A stretch of 64,000 nt of DNA from an uncultured Candidatus Rokubacteria bacterium (GCA_963826115.1 CAWGVS010000011.1:96001-160000); one strand, 5' to 3'. Positions 18,936 through 28,806 are shown, counted from the first letter of the stretch. The notes: generated from the letters alone by a model not told the origin. Numbers and translations: made by a program.

Positions 18936-20192
18936 ATGGACCACGCGAGCGCGTCCCCGGCCCCTTTCGTGACTCCCGAGGTGGCCGCCGAGGTGCGCCA
19001 GCGCTTCGGCACGCCCTGCTACGTGTACCACCGTGCCGCGCTCGAGTCGGCCGCGCGGGCGGCCCTCGCGTTCCCCGCGCCGTTCGGCTTCACGCTGCGC
19101 TACGCGATGAAGGCCAACCCGTCCCGCGGAGTCCTCCAGGTGTTCCGCGAGCTCGGCCTCCACATCGACGCGTCCAGCGACTTCGAGGTGGAGCGGGCGA
19201 TCGAGGCGGGATTCGCGCCGGGCGAGATCCAGCTCACCTCGCAGATGCCGTCGCGCCGCCTCGCCGAGCACGTCCGGCGCGGGGTCCTCTTCAACGCGTG
19301 CTCCATCCACCAGCTCGACGCCTTCGGACGGGTCGCGCCCGGCGGCGAGGTGTGCGTGCGGATGAACCCCGGGCTCGGGACCGGCTCCACCAAGCGGACC
19401 AACACCGGCGGGCCCGCGTCGAGCTTCGGGATCTGGCACGAGCACCTGGACGAGGTGAAGGCGGTCGCGGAGCGCTACCGGCTCCGGATCACGCGGCTCC
19501 ACTCCCACGTCGGATCGGGCACCGACCCCGAGATCTGGAAGCGTTGCACGCGGATGACGCTCGAGCTCGCGTCGAAGCTTCCCGAGGTGGGCGCGGTCAA
19601 TCTGGGCGGGGGATTCAAGGTCGGGCGCATGCCCGAGGAGCCCACCGTCGACCTCGGCGACGTGGGCGCCCACGTGCGCGGGGAGCTCCAGGCCTTCCAG
19701 GCCCGGGACGGCCGGAGCCTCGGGCTCGAGATCGAGCCCGGCACGTATCTGGTGGCGCGCGCCGGCGCGGTGGTGGCGAGCTGCATCGACGTCGTGGACA
19801 CGGGACGGGAAGGGTATCTGTTCGCCAAGCTCGACACCGGGATGACCGAGGTCACGCGACCCTCGCTCTACGGCGCCCAGCACCCCATCGACGTGCTGGC
19901 CCGGGACCGCGAGGCGGCCGCGGTCGTCTTCGTCGGTCCCTGCTGCGAGTCGGGGGACATCCTCACGCCGGCGCCCGGTGACCCGGAGGCGCTCGCGCCG
20001 CGCTGGGTCCCGCGCCCCCGGATCGACGACCTCGTCGTCGTCAGCGGGGCCGGCGCCTACTGCGCCGCGATGTCCACCGTCAACTACAACTCCTACCCGC
20101 GCGCGCCCGAGGTCATGCTGGAGCGGGACGGCAGCCTGCGCCTGCTCCGGCGCCGCCAGGAGCCGGCGGCCGTCTGGGCCGACGAGGTCTGA
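18936..20192 (+). CDS. lysA: Diaminopimelate decarboxylase
   Basis: GTPCYVY, YAMKAN (PLP Lys), HSHVGSG, NLGGGF, EPG, GPCCESGD, GAY...NYNSYPR. Confidence 0.9.
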   Translation: MDHASASPAPFVTPEVAAEVRQRFGTPCYVYHRAALESAARAALAFPAPFGFTLRYAMKANPSRGVLQVFRELGLHIDASSDFEVERAIEAGFAPGEIQLTSQMPSRRLAEHVRRGVLFNACSIHQLDAFGRVAPGGEVCVRMNPGLGTGSTKRTNTGGPASSFGIWHEHLDEVKAVAERYRLRITRLHSHVGSGTDPEIWKRCTRMTLELASKLPEVGAVNLGGGFKVGRMPEEPTVDLGDVGAHVRGELQAFQARDGRSLGLEIEPGTYLVARAGAVVASCIDVVDTGREGYLFAKLDTGMTEVTRPSLYGAQHPIDVLARDREAAAVVFVGPCCESGDILTPAPGDPEALAPRWVPRPRIDDLVVVSGAGAYCAAMSTVNYNSYPRAPEVMLERDGSLRLLRRRQEPAAVWADEV

Positions 20193-20250
20193 TTCGGCCG
20201 GCGGCGGGCCCGGCGCGCGGAGAACACGCCGCCGCGCGACCCGTCGGCTC

Positions 20251-20760
20251 CTGCTGACGCTGGCCGTCTCGACCCTCGCCGTCAGTTTCCGTCTCCCTGC
20301 TGCCGCGCGCGTTGGCTTGGCCGAGTGGGAGGTCGAGACGCCCGGAGGGCACCTCGTCTCCCACGCGGATCCCTGGGTCGAGCAACACGGGACGTGCCTT
20401 CGGAAGCGGAGCACGGGGAACGATCCTGGGATCCTGGTTGCCCATGTCGAGTGGTGGCAGTACTACCAGGCTCACGTTGCGGGAAAGGCTCGCGACGGCT
20501 ACTTCCTCCTCCACGAGCCGACGGGCCGGTTGTCGCGCCACGCGAGCCAGGCGGCGCTCGAGGCGACGCTGCGGCAGGCCGGCGCGGGCGCGCCCGTGTC
20601 GCAGCGATTCACGCCGGCCGACGGGTGGCGCCAGGCCTGGCGGCCGGTGTTCGAGAGCCGCTGTCGCCAGCTTCAGTCAGGGGGACCAGCGACCGGAGGG
20701 CCGAGTCCCACCGAGGTGCAAGCGACTCGCGATCTGTGCCGCCAGCTCGGACTTCCGTAG
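20251..20760 (+). CDS. Hypothetical secreted protein (start uncertain)
   Basis: Open frame with a signal-like segment and plausible globular sequence. No ATG/GTG start in frame after the lysA stop, so the start is placed at a CTG. Confidence 0.45.
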   Translation: MLTLAVSTLAVSFRLPAAARVGLAEWEVETPGGHLVSHADPWVEQHGTCLRKRSTGNDPGILVAHVEWWQYYQAHVAGKARDGYFLLHEPTGRLSRHASQAALEATLRQAGAGAPVSQRFTPADGWRQAWRPVFESRCRQLQSGGPATGGPSPTEVQATRDLCRQLGLP

Positions 20761-20796
20761 CGCGCCGCGGCGCCGGGTCTATGATGGCAGCCGAGG

Positions 20797-23157
20797 ATGC
20801 ACATGAGCGGGCTGCCCATCGTTCCTCTCGTCGCGCTGGGGCTTCTCTTCTTCGCGACGCCGATCATCGTTCTGGTCCTCGTCCTGGTCCTGCTGAGCCT
20901 GCGGGCCCGGGTGCGCCGGCTCGAGGCCCGCCTCGTCGCGCTGGAGCGGCGGCCGGCAGGGAGGGCGGGGGAGACCGTTCCGGCCGCGACCCCGCCGGTC
21001 GAGCCCGAATCCGCCGCGCCTGAACCGCCGCCGGTAGAGCCGCTCGCGCCCGTCCTGGCGGCCGAGCCCGAGGCGCCCGTGGCCATCCACGCGGCCCCGA
21101 CGGAGGTGTCCGCCGCCGCGGACGGCGTCCTGCCAGAGCCCGCGGAGGTCGCGCCGCCCCCGACGGCCCCGGAGTCCGTCCCGAGCCCTGGCGTCGGTCA
21201 GTGGGAAGGCCGCCTCGGCGGGACCTGGCTCTCCCGCGTCGGGGCGATCCTGCTTCTCCTCGGCGTCGGCTTCTTTCTCAAGCACGCCTTCGAGCAGGAC
21301 TGGATCGGACCGCGGGGCCGCGTCCTGACCGGGCTCGTGGCGGGCATCGCGATGCTGGTCACCGGCACTCGACTGGCCCGCGGCGGGACCTACCGGCTCC
21401 CGGCCCAGAGCCTGGTCGCGGCGGGCATCGGCGTGATCTACCTCTCCCTCTACGCGGCCCAGGCGTTCTACGGGCTCGTGGGCGCCCCCGCGGCGTTCGT
21501 GGCGATGGCGATCGCGACGGCCGTGAGCTTCGTGACGGCGCTCCGGCTGGACGCGCGCGCCATCGCCGTTCTCGCGACGCTGGGTGGACTCCTGACGCCG
21601 ATCATCCTCGACACCGACACGGACGCCGGCGGGGCGCTCTTCACGTACCTGGCCATTCTCGGTCTCGGCGTGCTCCTGGTCGCGTCGCGGCGGGGGTGGC
21701 CGGGCCTCGCGCTCCTCTCGCTCGCGGGGACGCAGGTCATCTACGGGGGCTGGCTCGATCGCTGGTATCAGGCGAGCCGGCTCCCGACCGCGCTCGGGTG
21801 GGCGACGGCGTTCTTCGTCGGCTTCGCCGCCTGGGCCCTCCTCAGCTCGAGGCGCGAGGCGCCCGCCGGTTCGCTCGGGCTCGCGCGCGCGCTGGTCATC
21901 CTCGCCGCGCCGGCGCTGTACTTCGCGGCGGCCCGACGCATTCTCGAGTCCCCCTCCGGACGCCGGCTGGCGATCCTGGCCCTCGTGCTCGCAGGCGCCT
22001 ACTTCGTGGCCGCCCGGATGGCGGCCCGGAGCGCCTGGGGCGGCCCGCGCGTGGCCCTTCTCCACCGCGCGATCGCCCTCGCCTTCCTGGCGCTGGCGCC
22101 GGCGGTGACCTTCGGCCGGCACGACCTGGTCGTCGCGTGGTGCGTGGAGGGGGCGGTGCTCCTCCTCGGCGGCTTCGCCCTGGACGCGCCCCGCGTGCGC
22201 GCGGCGGGACTCGCAATCAGCGCGCTGGCGTGGGGGAGCTGGTACGTCGCGCTCGGCGCCGATGCTGGCCGGGCCGGGACGTTCCTGCTCGCGCACCCGG
22301 CGCTCCCCGCCACCGTGGCCGTCGTGGTGACGGCGCTCGCCGGCGCGCTCGCCTACCGGGCCCGGGTGCGGCGCGGCGCGCCACTCGAGCGCTGGGAGGG
22401 CGTCGCGCGCCCGGTCCTCCTGCTGGTCGCCATCGGCAGCGCGGCACTCCTCCTGACCGTGGAGCTCGGCCAGTTCCGCACGCTCGCCATCCCGCCGCCG
22501 TACGTCCCGATGGTGAAGTCCGTCGTGTGGATGCTGGCCGCCATGGCGCTCCTGGCCCTGGCGCGCGGCGACGGCACGCGCATCCTCCTCGGCGTCGCGA
22601 CGGTGCTCCTCCTGGCGCTGGTCGGCGAGGCGCTGGGCGGCACGGACCGCTGGGCGCGCATCCAGCCGTCGCTCCGCCCCGCGATCTCGAACCCCCGGTT
22701 CCTGGCGGGATGCCTCCTGGTGGTGCTCGTCTGGCTCTACGGGCAGGTCACCGCATCCCTGCCGTACCTCGGCGAGCGCGCCCGCCGCCGCCTCGGGATC
22801 ATCGGCGGGCTCGGCGCGGCCGTCCTGCTCCTATGGAACCTGAGCGTCGAGGTCGCGCTCATGCCGCTGCCGGAGACGCGATTCGATCCCGCGAAGCTCC
22901 GGAGCGCGGCGCTCTCCGTCCTGTGGGCGCTCTACGCGTTCACCGCGATGGCGTGGGGGTTGTGGCGGAACCAGTCGTGGCTCCGGGTGGGCGCGATCCT
23001 GCTCTTCAGCGTCACCGTGCTGAAGGTGCTCGTCGTCGATCTGTCGGGCCTCGACGCGCTCTACCGCATCCTGTCGGTCCTGGTCCTCGGGTCCGCGCTC
23101 CTGATCGCGTCCTTCCTCTACGCGCGCTCCCGGCAACGCCCCGGCGACGCGAGCTGA
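20797..23157 (+). CDS. DUF2339-like multi-pass membrane protein
   Basis: TM plus coiled coil, Pro-rich linker, WEGRLGGTWLSRVG...FLKHAFEQDWIGPRGR, and C-terminal KVLVVDLSGLDALYRILS. Confidence 0.85.
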   Translation: MHMSGLPIVPLVALGLLFFATPIIVLVLVLVLLSLRARVRRLEARLVALERRPAGRAGETVPAATPPVEPESAAPEPPPVEPLAPVLAAEPEAPVAIHAAPTEVSAAADGVLPEPAEVAPPPTAPESVPSPGVGQWEGRLGGTWLSRVGAILLLLGVGFFLKHAFEQDWIGPRGRVLTGLVAGIAMLVTGTRLARGGTYRLPAQSLVAAGIGVIYLSLYAAQAFYGLVGAPAAFVAMAIATAVSFVTALRLDARAIAVLATLGGLLTPIILDTDTDAGGALFTYLAILGLGVLLVASRRGWPGLALLSLAGTQVIYGGWLDRWYQASRLPTALGWATAFFVGFAAWALLSSRREAPAGSLGLARALVILAAPALYFAAARRILESPSGRRLAILALVLAGAYFVAARMAARSAWGGPRVALLHRAIALAFLALAPAVTFGRHDLVVAWCVEGAVLLLGGFALDAPRVRAAGLAISALAWGSWYVALGADAGRAGTFLLAHPALPATVAVVVTALAGALAYRARVRRGAPLERWEGVARPVLLLVAIGSAALLLTVELGQFRTLAIPPPYVPMVKSVVWMLAAMALLALARGDGTRILLGVATVLLLALVGEALGGTDRWARIQPSLRPAISNPRFLAGCLLVVLVWLYGQVTASLPYLGERARRRLGIIGGLGAAVLLLWNLSVEVALMPLPETRFDPAKLRSAALSVLWALYAFTAMAWGLWRNQSWLRVGAILLFSVTVLKVLVVDLSGLDALYRILSVLVLGSALLIASFLYARSRQRPGDAS

Positions 23158-23186
23158 TCCCCCGCCGCGCCGCCCGGCGGCGTCGG

Positions 23187-24731
23187 TCAGCCGGCGGCCA
23201 CGTCCTTCAGGATCGCGCGCGCGGCGTTGTGCCCGGGCGCTCCGGTGACCTCGCCGCCTGGATGGGTGCCCGCGCCGCACAGGTAGAGCCCGGCGACCGG
23301 CGTCCGGTATTGCGCCCAGCCGGGCAGGGGACGCCGGCCGAGGAGCTGCGCGGGCACGAGGTCGAGGTGGCGGATGTTGCCATCCGTCATTCCGACGCGC
23401 GCCTCGATGTCCGGCGGGGTGAGGAGCATCCAGTCCACGATCGCCCGGCGGAAGTTCGGCGCGTAGGTCGTGAGGAGGTCGATCATCCGCTCGCCCATTT
23501 CTTGACGGCGGGTCTCCCACGTGCCCTCCGCCGGCTTCACGGGAGCCCAGAGCGCCCAGATCGAGACCACGTGGTGCCCGGGCGGCGCCATCGAGTCGTC
23601 GTAGACCGACGGGATCTGCACCTCCATCAGGGGCGCGCGCGGAAGCCGGCCCGCCTGGGCGTCCTGCCACGCCGCGACGAAGGCCTCGGCGGACGGGCAG
23701 ATCTTCACCTGCGCCAGGTAGCGCGGATCGAAGCCGGGCCCGAGATACGCCGAGAAGTCCGGGAGCTCCCGGAGCGCCGCGTGGAACTTGAAATAGGCCG
23801 CCCGGGTGGAGAGAGCGGCGATCTGCTCCCGGAATTCGGCGGCCAGGGCGTCGGGCGGAACCAGCCGGAGAAATGTGCGCTTCGGGTCCGCGTTGGAGAC
23901 CACGACGTCGGCCCCGATGCGGCTGCCGTCGGCGAGCACGACGCCCGCGGCGCGCCCGTTCCGCACGTCGACCCGCGCCACCTCGACGCCGGTGCGGATC
24001 GTGACCCCTGCCTCGCCCGCCGCGCGCGCCATGGCCTGGGTGATGGCGCCCATCCCGCCCTTGACGATCCCCACCGTGTCGGGCGCCGAGCGGAGGTTCA
24101 CGCGGATGTACGCGTAGATCAGGGCGCTGCCGGGCGCGCGCGGGTCGCCGAGGTCCTGCGCATTGACCGCGTGGGCCCGCATCAGGTCGGACTCGAAGAA
24201 CTCGTGCGCGAGGTCCCACATCGGCCGGGTGAGGAGCGTCTCCAGGACTTCCTCGTCGGGCGTGCCGCGGACCCGCGCCGCCAGCTCCGCGTAGGTGGGC
24301 GCCGGGGCGAGGAAGTAGGGGTGGAGGAGGGCGGCCGCGCGCTCCCACAGCGCGATCCACCGCGGGTAGGCCGCCGCGTCCCGCTTCGAGTAGCGCTCGA
24401 TCTCCGCCGCCGTGCGCGCCACGTCCTCCCACACGACCAGGTGGCGGCCGTCCGGAAAGGGATGGAAGCGGGCCGGCTCGAGGGAGAAGACCTTGAAGCC
24501 GTGCCGGGGGAGGTCGAGGTCCCGGATCACGCGCTCCTGGAGGAGGTGACAGATGTAGGAGCAGGACGAGAGCCGGTAGCCGGGGAACAGCTCCTCGGTC
24601 ACGCATGCGCCGCCGACCATGGGGCGCCGCTCCAGCACCAGGACCTTCAGGCCGCCGCGAGCCAGGTACGTGGAGGCGACCAGCCCGTTGTGACCGCCGC
24701 CGACGATGATCGCGTCGAATCGCTCCGCCAT
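23187..24731 (-). CDS. Phytoene-desaturase-like FAD-dependent oxidoreductase (PYROXD2-like)
   Basis: IVGGGHNGLV, GGACVTEE, GGMGAIT, GNIRH, LYLCGAGTHPGGEVTGAPGHNAA. Confidence 0.9.
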   Translation of the reverse strand: MAERFDAIIVGGGHNGLVASTYLARGGLKVLVLERRPMVGGACVTEELFPGYRLSSCSYICHLLQERVIRDLDLPRHGFKVFSLEPARFHPFPDGRHLVVWEDVARTAAEIERYSKRDAAAYPRWIALWERAAALLHPYFLAPAPTYAELAARVRGTPDEEVLETLLTRPMWDLAHEFFESDLMRAHAVNAQDLGDPRAPGSALIYAYIRVNLRSAPDTVGIVKGGMGAITQAMARAAGEAGVTIRTGVEVARVDVRNGRAAGVVLADGSRIGADVVVSNADPKRTFLRLVPPDALAAEFREQIAALSTRAAYFKFHAALRELPDFSAYLGPGFDPRYLAQVKICPSAEAFVAAWQDAQAGRLPRAPLMEVQIPSVYDDSMAPPGHHVVSIWALWAPVKPAEGTWETRRQEMGERMIDLLTTYAPNFRRAIVDWMLLTPPDIEARVGMTDGNIRHLDLVPAQLLGRRPLPGWAQYRTPVAGLYLCGAGTHPGGEVTGAPGHNAARAILKDVAAG

Positions 24732-24878
24732 GGGTTCTCCTCCGTGTGTGAAAAGCATCGTCGCCGACGCGTCTCCGCCCTGTCAACCGCGACCGTCTTG
24801 ACGCGCGTCCCGTCGCCGGTGATAGCTAGAAGCCGCGACGATGTCGCCGCCGGCGGCGGCGACCGGGGAGGCAGCGGG

Positions 24879-25073
24879 ATGCGTGAGCCAGCGATCGAGA
24901 CGATGCGGGAGCACCTCACCACCGAGATCGCGCGCCGGTTCGGCGCCGAGCGCGCGACGGCCCTCGCCCGGGACGCGGTCGCGCTGGCGGCGGACCTCGC
25001 GCGCGTCGCGGCGGCCGAGGTGCCGGAGGACGCCGAGCCGGCGTTCTTCCTCCGCGAGAGCGACCCAGGGTGA
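24879..25073 (+). CDS. Small amidase partner protein (GatC/AtzG-like position), 64 aa
   Basis: GGAGG RBS, then MREPAIETMREHL...VPEDAEPAFFLRESDPG. Its stop overlaps the amidase start (GTGA). Confidence 0.65.
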   Translation: MREPAIETMREHLTTEIARRFGAERATALARDAVALAADLARVAAAEVPEDAEPAFFLRESDPG

Positions 25074-26422
25074 CGGCGCCCTTCGAGCTGTCGGCGGCCG
25101 ACGCGGCGGCCGCGATCCGCGCGGGCCGGCTCTCGGCCGGCGACCTGGTCTCCGCCTGCCTGGCCCGCATCGACGCCTGCGAGGCGCGGATCCGGGCCTG
25201 GGCAATGGTGGACCGGATAGGGGCGCTCGAGGCCGCCCGCCGTCTGGACGACGAGGCCCGCGCGGGCCGGTTCCGGGGGCCGCTCCACGGCGTGCCGGTG
25301 GGCCTCAAGGACATCATCCACGCGCGCGGACTCACGACGACCGCCGGCGCCCGCGGCTTCGCCGACACGGTGCCCGCGGAGGACGCCGCGTGCGTGGCCC
25401 GTCTGCGGGCGGCGGGCGCCGTGATCCTGGGGAAGGCGGAGACCACGGAGTTTGCGTTCAGCGATCCTGCGGTCACGCGGAATCCCTGGCATCCGGACCG
25501 GACGCCGGGCGGCTCGTCCGCGGGCTCGGCGGCGGCGGTGGCGGCACGGATGGTCCCGGTGACGCTCGGCTCCCAGACCGTCGGCTCCGTGCTCCGACCC
25601 GCGGCCTTCTGCGGCGTCGTCGGCGTGAAGCCCACCTACGGGCGTGTGAGCCGGCGCGGCGTCGTGCCGCTCGCCTGGTCGCTCGATCACGTGGGGGTCT
25701 TCGCGCGCTCGGTGGCGGACGCCGCACTCGTGGTCGGGGTCCTCTCCGGACACGATCCGGCGGACCCGTCCTCGGCCAACGTGCCGGCCCCCGACGTGAC
25801 GGCGGTGCTCGCGGGGCCGCCCGCAAGCCCCCCGCGGCTCGGGCTCATCGGCGAGCCCTACCTCGACCGCGCGACGGACGAGGTCCGGGCGCACCTCGCC
25901 GAGGTCGCGCGCCTCCTCGAGGGGCAGGGCGCGCTCGTCGAGCCGGTGCGCCTGCCGCCCCTGATGGCCGCGATCCAGTCGGCCGTGATCACGGTGTCGC
26001 GGGCGGAGATCGGCGCTGTGCACGCGGATTCCCACCGGCGGCACGCGGACGAGTACCGGCCGCGCATCCGCGCCGGGATCGAGCTCGGGCAGTGCATCCC
26101 GGCCGACCTCTACCTGCGCGCCCAGCGGATCCGGCGGCGGGCGCGCCAGGACATGGCGCCCCTCCTGAGCCGGTACGACGCCCTCGTCATGCCGTCGGCG
26201 CCCGGGCCGGCGCCGGACCGGACGACCACGGGTGACGCCTCGTTCAACGGCCCCTGGACCGGGCTCGGGGTGCCGTCCGCGTCGGTGCCGACCGGCCTCG
26301 GTCGCGAGAGGCTCCCGCTCGGCACTCAGCTCATCGGGGCGCCGTTCGCCGAGGTCCGGCTCCTCGCCGTGGCGCGCTGGGTCGAGGCCGCGGTCGGGTT
26401 CGCGGCCACCCCACCGTCCTGA
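25070..26422 (+). CDS. Amidase signature family enzyme
   Basis: GPLHGVPVGLKD, TPGGSSAGSAAAV, GSQTVGSVLRPA (Ser-Ser-Lys triad). Confidence 0.93.
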   Translation: MTAPFELSAADAAAAIRAGRLSAGDLVSACLARIDACEARIRAWAMVDRIGALEAARRLDDEARAGRFRGPLHGVPVGLKDIIHARGLTTTAGARGFADTVPAEDAACVARLRAAGAVILGKAETTEFAFSDPAVTRNPWHPDRTPGGSSAGSAAAVAARMVPVTLGSQTVGSVLRPAAFCGVVGVKPTYGRVSRRGVVPLAWSLDHVGVFARSVADAALVVGVLSGHDPADPSSANVPAPDVTAVLAGPPASPPRLGLIGEPYLDRATDEVRAHLAEVARLLEGQGALVEPVRLPPLMAAIQSAVITVSRAEIGAVHADSHRRHADEYRPRIRAGIELGQCIPADLYLRAQRIRRRARQDMAPLLSRYDALVMPSAPGPAPDRTTTGDASFNGPWTGLGVPSASVPTGLGRERLPLGTQLIGAPFAEVRLLAVARWVEAAVGFAATPPS

Positions 26423-26530
26423 GCCCTCCCCGGTGACCCCCGGCCCGGGCTTGCGCCGGCCTCGGCCGGGCTCCCCTCCGTGCTAGACTGCCCTTGACGT
26501 GTCGCGCCATTCGGGCGTGGCCCTCGCCTC

Positions 26531-26626
26531 GGATAGAGCACTCTTCCGCATGTCAGGGGCGCAGAGGAAGTGCGGAAGAGTGAAAGCTCCGGGCATCGGG
26601 TCCGGGGCTCCGAAGGAGGCGCCTCC
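26531..26626 (+). promoter_or_regulatory. Structured 5' leader of the RRM gene
   Basis: Perfect 12-bp inverted repeat CACTCTTCCGCA (26539-26550) / TGCGGAAGAGTG (26571-26582). The SD GGAGG can pair with CCTCC directly before the GTG. Confidence 0.5.
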
Positions 26627-26998
26627 GTGGCGACCAAGCTCTTCGTCGGCGGCCTGTCCTATTCCACCACGTCCGAGAGTCTCCGGGAGTACTTCGCCCA
26701 GTGCGGCACGGTCGAGTCCGCCACGGTGATCACCGACCGGGCGACTGGCCAGTCCCGGGGCTTCGGGTTCGTCGAGATGGCGACCGAGGCGGAGGGTCAG
26801 GCAGCGATTTCGAAGCTGAACGACAAGCCCTTCGAGGGGCGGCGCCTCACGGTGAACGTCGCGAACCCGCAGGGTGCCGGTGGTGGCGGTCGCGCTGGTG
26901 GCGGACGGCCGGGCGGCGGATCGCGGCCGGGCGGTGGGTTCGGTGGCGGTGGTGGCGGTGGCTACGGCGGCGGCCCGCGCCGCACGCCCCGCTGGTAA
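26627..26998 (+). CDS. RRM RNA-binding protein with Gly-rich tail
   Basis: RNP2 LFVGGL and RNP1 RGFGFVEM; GTG start after AAGGAGG. Confidence 0.95.
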   Translation: MATKLFVGGLSYSTTSESLREYFAQCGTVESATVITDRATGQSRGFGFVEMATEAEGQAAISKLNDKPFEGRRLTVNVANPQGAGGGGRAGGGRPGGGSRPGGGFGGGGGGGYGGGPRRTPRW

Positions 26999-27062
26999 CG
27001 TAGCTCTCGCTCGGAAGGAACCGCGTCCGGGGCCCTCGTGCCCCGGGCATGCGACGACGATC

Positions 27063-27103
27063 ACGGCGGCGCAGGGTGTCTGCCCTGCGCCGCCGTTCTC
27101 ATT
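27063..27103. terminator. Intrinsic terminator between convergent genes
   Basis: 14-bp stem ACGGCGGCGCAGGG / CCCTGCGCCGCCGT followed by TCTCATT. Confidence 0.7.
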
Positions 27104-27127
27104 CGGCGCGCCGGTGCGCGCGCTCCG

Positions 27128-28735
27128 TCAGGGCTTCGACAGGAACGCCTTCGCCTGCGCGACCTCCGGCCGTTCCGTGTCCGCCTTGGCGGTGAGCGTC
27201 ACCAGCTGGGTGTACTGGAGCTTCGCCTTGGCGAGATCGCCCGAGAGCTCGGCGGCCCGCGCCAGACCGCAGTAGCCGCGGAGGCGGTTCGGCTCCCGGA
27301 GCTGCGACGCCTCGAACTCGCGGACCGCCTCGGCCGGGCGGCCGAGGTCGAGGAGCAGCTCCCCGAGGAGCTCCCGAGCCGGCACGATCGGCCCGGGCGT
27401 CACCGGATGCTTCTCGGTGGCGTCCTCGCGGTCCGCCGCCGCCCGGGTGAGCTGCACCGCGTCGTCGTTCCGGCCCTCGGCCCGGGCGATCCAGCCCGCC
27501 ACCAGGAGCCGCTGGATGTCCACCTGGTCGGCCCAGTACCCGCTCTTGGCCGCGAGCAGGCCGTCCCGGAGCGCGGCGAGCCGCGCCTGGTCGTTCCGGG
27601 CGACGGCGAGGTTTCCGCTCTTCGCCGCCGAGAGTCCGCGGCCGAAGACGAGGATCGCCTCGGCCTGCGGGAAACGCGCCCACGGGAAGTCGCCGGGCCG
27701 CAGCCCGAGCGTCGCCCCGTCGGGCCACTGACCGCGTTCGAGCGCATAGCGTGCGGGCATGGCGGCCAGGGCGAATGCCGTCGCGAAGTTCGTGACGTTC
27801 GGCTTCTCCACGGCGAGCAGCCGGTCGAGGACCCCGCGGGCCGCCCGGTCCTGCCCGAGCTGCAGGTGGGCGTAGGCCAGGTAGTCCCAGGCATGGAAGC
27901 TGTCGAAGTCGTTGTCGCTTGCGGCCGCGGAGGCGCGGTTCGAGGCGATGGAATCCTCCCAGTAGCCGCGGCGCGTGAAGATGTGGGACGGCATGTGCTG
28001 GGCGTGGGGCGCGGTCGGGGCGATGGTCGCGTAGCGCCGGGCGGCGGCGAGCCCCTTCTCCGCGATGGCCGGGTAGTCGTAGCTGTGGATCAGGTAATGT
28101 GCGGCGCCCGGGTGGTCGGGCTGCTCGCGGAACACCGCCTCCAGGATCGACGCTGCCTTCAGCTGCTGGGCGTACGTCTTGTCGGTGGCGACCGCGGTGG
28201 CGTTCAGCGCGAGCGCGTAGAAGATGGCCGCCTCGCGATCGTCGGGATACCGGGCCGCCAGCTGCTCCATCGCCTTCTCGTAGGCGACGGCGCGCGTCCG
28301 GTGCTCGACCTTGTCGTGGTCCTTGTAGAAGACCTCGATCGCGGCGATGTAGTCGACCTCCCGCGGGCTCTTCGCGCCGGCGGCGCGCGCCCGGGCGACG
28401 GCGGCCGACCCGTCGGCCAGCATCTTCGGGGAGGGCGGCCAGCCGAACGGGTTTTCGAGGGCGGCCATCGCGACGCCCCAATGCGCGATCCCGCAGGCGG
28501 GATCCTTCTGCGCGACCTCGTTGAAGGCCTTGATCGTGGCGCCCCACCAGAAGGAGTGGAGCAGGGCCACCGCGCGGGTCAGGTCCGCCTGGACCGCGGC
28601 GTCGCACGTGTTCGCGAAGTTGACCTGGCCGAGCTTCTCGTGGCCGGCGTGCTGGGCCAGGCTGGGTGTGGCGGCGACGAGTCCTATCAGGAGGACGGCG
28701 GCCGGTAGGCTTCGACGCATGGTGAGCACCTCCAT
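27128..28735 (-). CDS. Secreted TPR-like helical repeat protein with conserved His motifs
   Basis: Signal peptide, then AQHAGH, LLHSFW, HPGAAHYLIH, PHAQHMPSHIF and TPR-like helices. Alternative start ATG 28720. Confidence 0.8.
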   Translation of the reverse strand: MEVLTMRRSLPAAVLLIGLVAATPSLAQHAGHEKLGQVNFANTCDAAVQADLTRAVALLHSFWWGATIKAFNEVAQKDPACGIAHWGVAMAALENPFGWPPSPKMLADGSAAVARARAAGAKSPREVDYIAAIEVFYKDHDKVEHRTRAVAYEKAMEQLAARYPDDREAAIFYALALNATAVATDKTYAQQLKAASILEAVFREQPDHPGAAHYLIHSYDYPAIAEKGLAAARRYATIAPTAPHAQHMPSHIFTRRGYWEDSIASNRASAAASDNDFDSFHAWDYLAYAHLQLGQDRAARGVLDRLLAVEKPNVTNFATAFALAAMPARYALERGQWPDGATLGLRPGDFPWARFPQAEAILVFGRGLSAAKSGNLAVARNDQARLAALRDGLLAAKSGYWADQVDIQRLLVAGWIARAEGRNDDAVQLTRAAADREDATEKHPVTPGPIVPARELLGELLLDLGRPAEAVREFEASQLREPNRLRGYCGLARAAELSGDLAKAKLQYTQLVTLTAKADTERPEVAQAKAFLSKP

Positions 28736-28806
28736 GACCCGAGGCTAAGGTCGGAGCCGTCGGCGGGTCAATCGCCCCGCATGGCCCCTGGGCTGACGCC
28801 GCTGGT

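Noticed and set aside
23187-24731. Carotenoid biosynthesis (crtI)
   Set aside because: No crtB/crtE nearby, and the motifs fit the broad PYROXD2-like oxidoreductase group.
26877-26975. GGTGGC/GGCGGT low-complexity repeats
   Set aside because: They encode the ordinary Gly-rich tail of the RRM protein.
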